Shown here: in pieces, positions 62,674 through 64,000 of the stretch | Layout of the letters: each line of letters begins with the position of its first letter | How positions within the stretch are numbered: the first letter of the stretch is position 1 | From: Podarcis muralis | Lineage: Eukaryota | Assembly: GCF_964188315.1 (NCBI RefSeq) | Contig: NC_135672.1 | Span: 12,958,001-13,022,000 of the forward strand | Reading direction: 5' to 3' | Length of the DNA stretch: 64,000 bases | Notes under the pieces: model-generated | Databases searched by the model: none | Seen by the model: only the letters and a program-made list of their open reading frames with translations | What the model was told of the DNA's origin: nothing | Made by a program: the position numbers and the translations under genes

Positions 62674-63592
62674 TCAGTTGGGAGCGCCCCGAGTGGGCAG
62701 GGTATAAATAAATTATTATTATTATTACTATTATTAGTATTGGAAGGGGCACCCGCAGCCCAGGCAACACCCCCGAGTTGGAGCAGGGTTTGGAACTGTG
62801 TCTGGCCTCTCTCCTTGACGGGCTCCTATCTCCCTCCCCTCTCTTTCAGTGCTGTGCAAGCAGAGCCAAGATCTGGAGCCCACCCCACAGATCCAGCCGC
62901 TGCCCCAGCCCGCCCTGGCCGCGGCGGCCGCCCCCATCGCCACACCGCAGGGCACCCCCTCCATGGAGGAGCTGATCCAGCAGAGCCTGTGGAACCTCCA
63001 GCAGCAGGAGCAGCACCTCCTGGCTCTGAGACAGGTGAGGGCAGGCGGGTGGAGATGCAAGCAAGCAAGGGCTCTTGGCTCAAGATATATACGTATTCTT
63101 CTTCTGTTTTGTTTTCTACATGAGTACCATTTCTCGTTTCTTCTCTTTTTTTTGCATTTTATCTTACTCTGCACACTTGTATTTTTGCATTTTTTCTTTA
63201 AATTTCTATTTGGTTTGTTTTTTTAAAAATATAAACTTATATAAAAGCCAATTCAAAATCAACTTCCCCCCATCCCCTCCAGGGGTCCCAATGTCAGTAT
63301 TTACAACTGCATCCCAGTCCGTTAAGGGACGCGGTAGCCCTCAAGGGGCAGCAAGGTGCCCGGGCCTCGCCTGGAGGTGGGTGTGGGTGGGTGGGCTTTC
63401 TCGCCACCCAGCTCTGCCTTCAAGACCCTTGTCGCTCCCCCACCCCACCCCCAGGAGCAAATCACTTCCGCCATCGCGCTGGCCCTGGAACAGCAGATGC
63501 AGAAAGTCCTGGAGGAGACCCAGCTGGACATGAACGAGTTTGACAACTTGCTCCAGCCCATCATCGACACCTGCACCAAAGACGCCATCTCG
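60174..63592 (+). CDS. CHERP: Calcium homeostasis ER protein (SURP + CID domain splicing factor), first 4 coding exons; truncated by the window end
   Basis: Exons 60174-60210 (MEMPPPLPPPPE), 61813-61986 ([42 protein letters not shown], SURP), 62850-63034, 63455-63592 (LDMNEFDNLLQPIIDTCTKDAIS). Confidence 0.96.
60878..61394. repeat. Complex (ATCT)n tetranucleotide array in CHERP intron 1
   Basis: Long ATCT runs with higher-order repeats (TCTCATCCATCTATCATC, GATAGCCCC). Confidence 0.95.
61395..61638. mobile_element. Tc1/mariner-like MITE
   Basis: TACAATGGTACCTTGGTTT...AAACCGAGGCACCACTG. Confidence 0.8.
62330..62735 (+). mobile_element. L2 3' fragment with an (ATT)n tail in CHERP intron 2
   Basis: Same L2 tail consensus. 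Confidence 0.85.
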
Positions 63593-64000
63593 GTAGGCGG
63601 GGCTCGGGGGGTGTGTGATTGCATTCTGGTGTCGTGGGGGGCTGCCCCCAAAAGGCGTCGAAGGCCACATGTCGTAGCACTCTGCCCCAGAGGGCGCGCT
63701 CTTGGGTCCGGCTGTGGATTCTCCCTAAAGACCAGTGCCAGATTTATGTAGAAGCTAAGCAAGCTCTAGCTTAGGGGCCCACACTCTTGCGGGCCCCCAA
63801 AAAATGTAAAGGGAAAAAAAACAACAACTGAATGTACATCATGTATTTATCTATCTATCTGTCTCTTCTCTATCAATTAATCTCTCCCTCTCCCTCTCCC
63901 TCTCCCACCCACCCACCCATATATCTATGCCAGTGCCAGATTTACGTATCAGCTAAGCAAGTTCTAGCTTAGGGTCCCACTCTCTTGGGGGCCCCCAAAA

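Overview
Eukaryotic, not microbial: a GC-rich, gene-dense block from a squamate reptile, probably a lacertid lizard, judged from Sauria-SINE, BovB and L2-tail repeats. It has three assembly gaps (about 15485-15631, 22602-23162, 50775-50932). I built exon models by hand from splice sites and phase continuity. They give seven genes: NWD1 (-, 3' end outside the window), an unnamed 8-exon TspanC8 tetraspanin (-), TMEM38A (-), SMIM7 (+), MED26 (+), SLC35E1 (+) and CHERP (+, truncated). As I recall it, the order matches human 19p13.11 (CHERP-SLC35E1-MED26-SMIM7-TMEM38A-NWD1) except for the extra tetraspanin. Best leads: (1) the intact 268-aa TSPAN33-like paralogue between TMEM38A and NWD1; (2) a frame-preserving 45-bp VNTR in an NWD1 intron, which is open through the whole intron and has a cryptic acceptor in most units; (3) a complete DUF4062-like N-terminus on NWD1; (4) a strong acceptor upstream of the first NWD1 coding exon with no obvious promoter; (5) a GC-AG intron in TMEM38A; (6) a uORF and a compound repeat array at the MED26 5' end. 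Orthology and repeat-family names come from recalled protein and repeat motifs, not from database searches.
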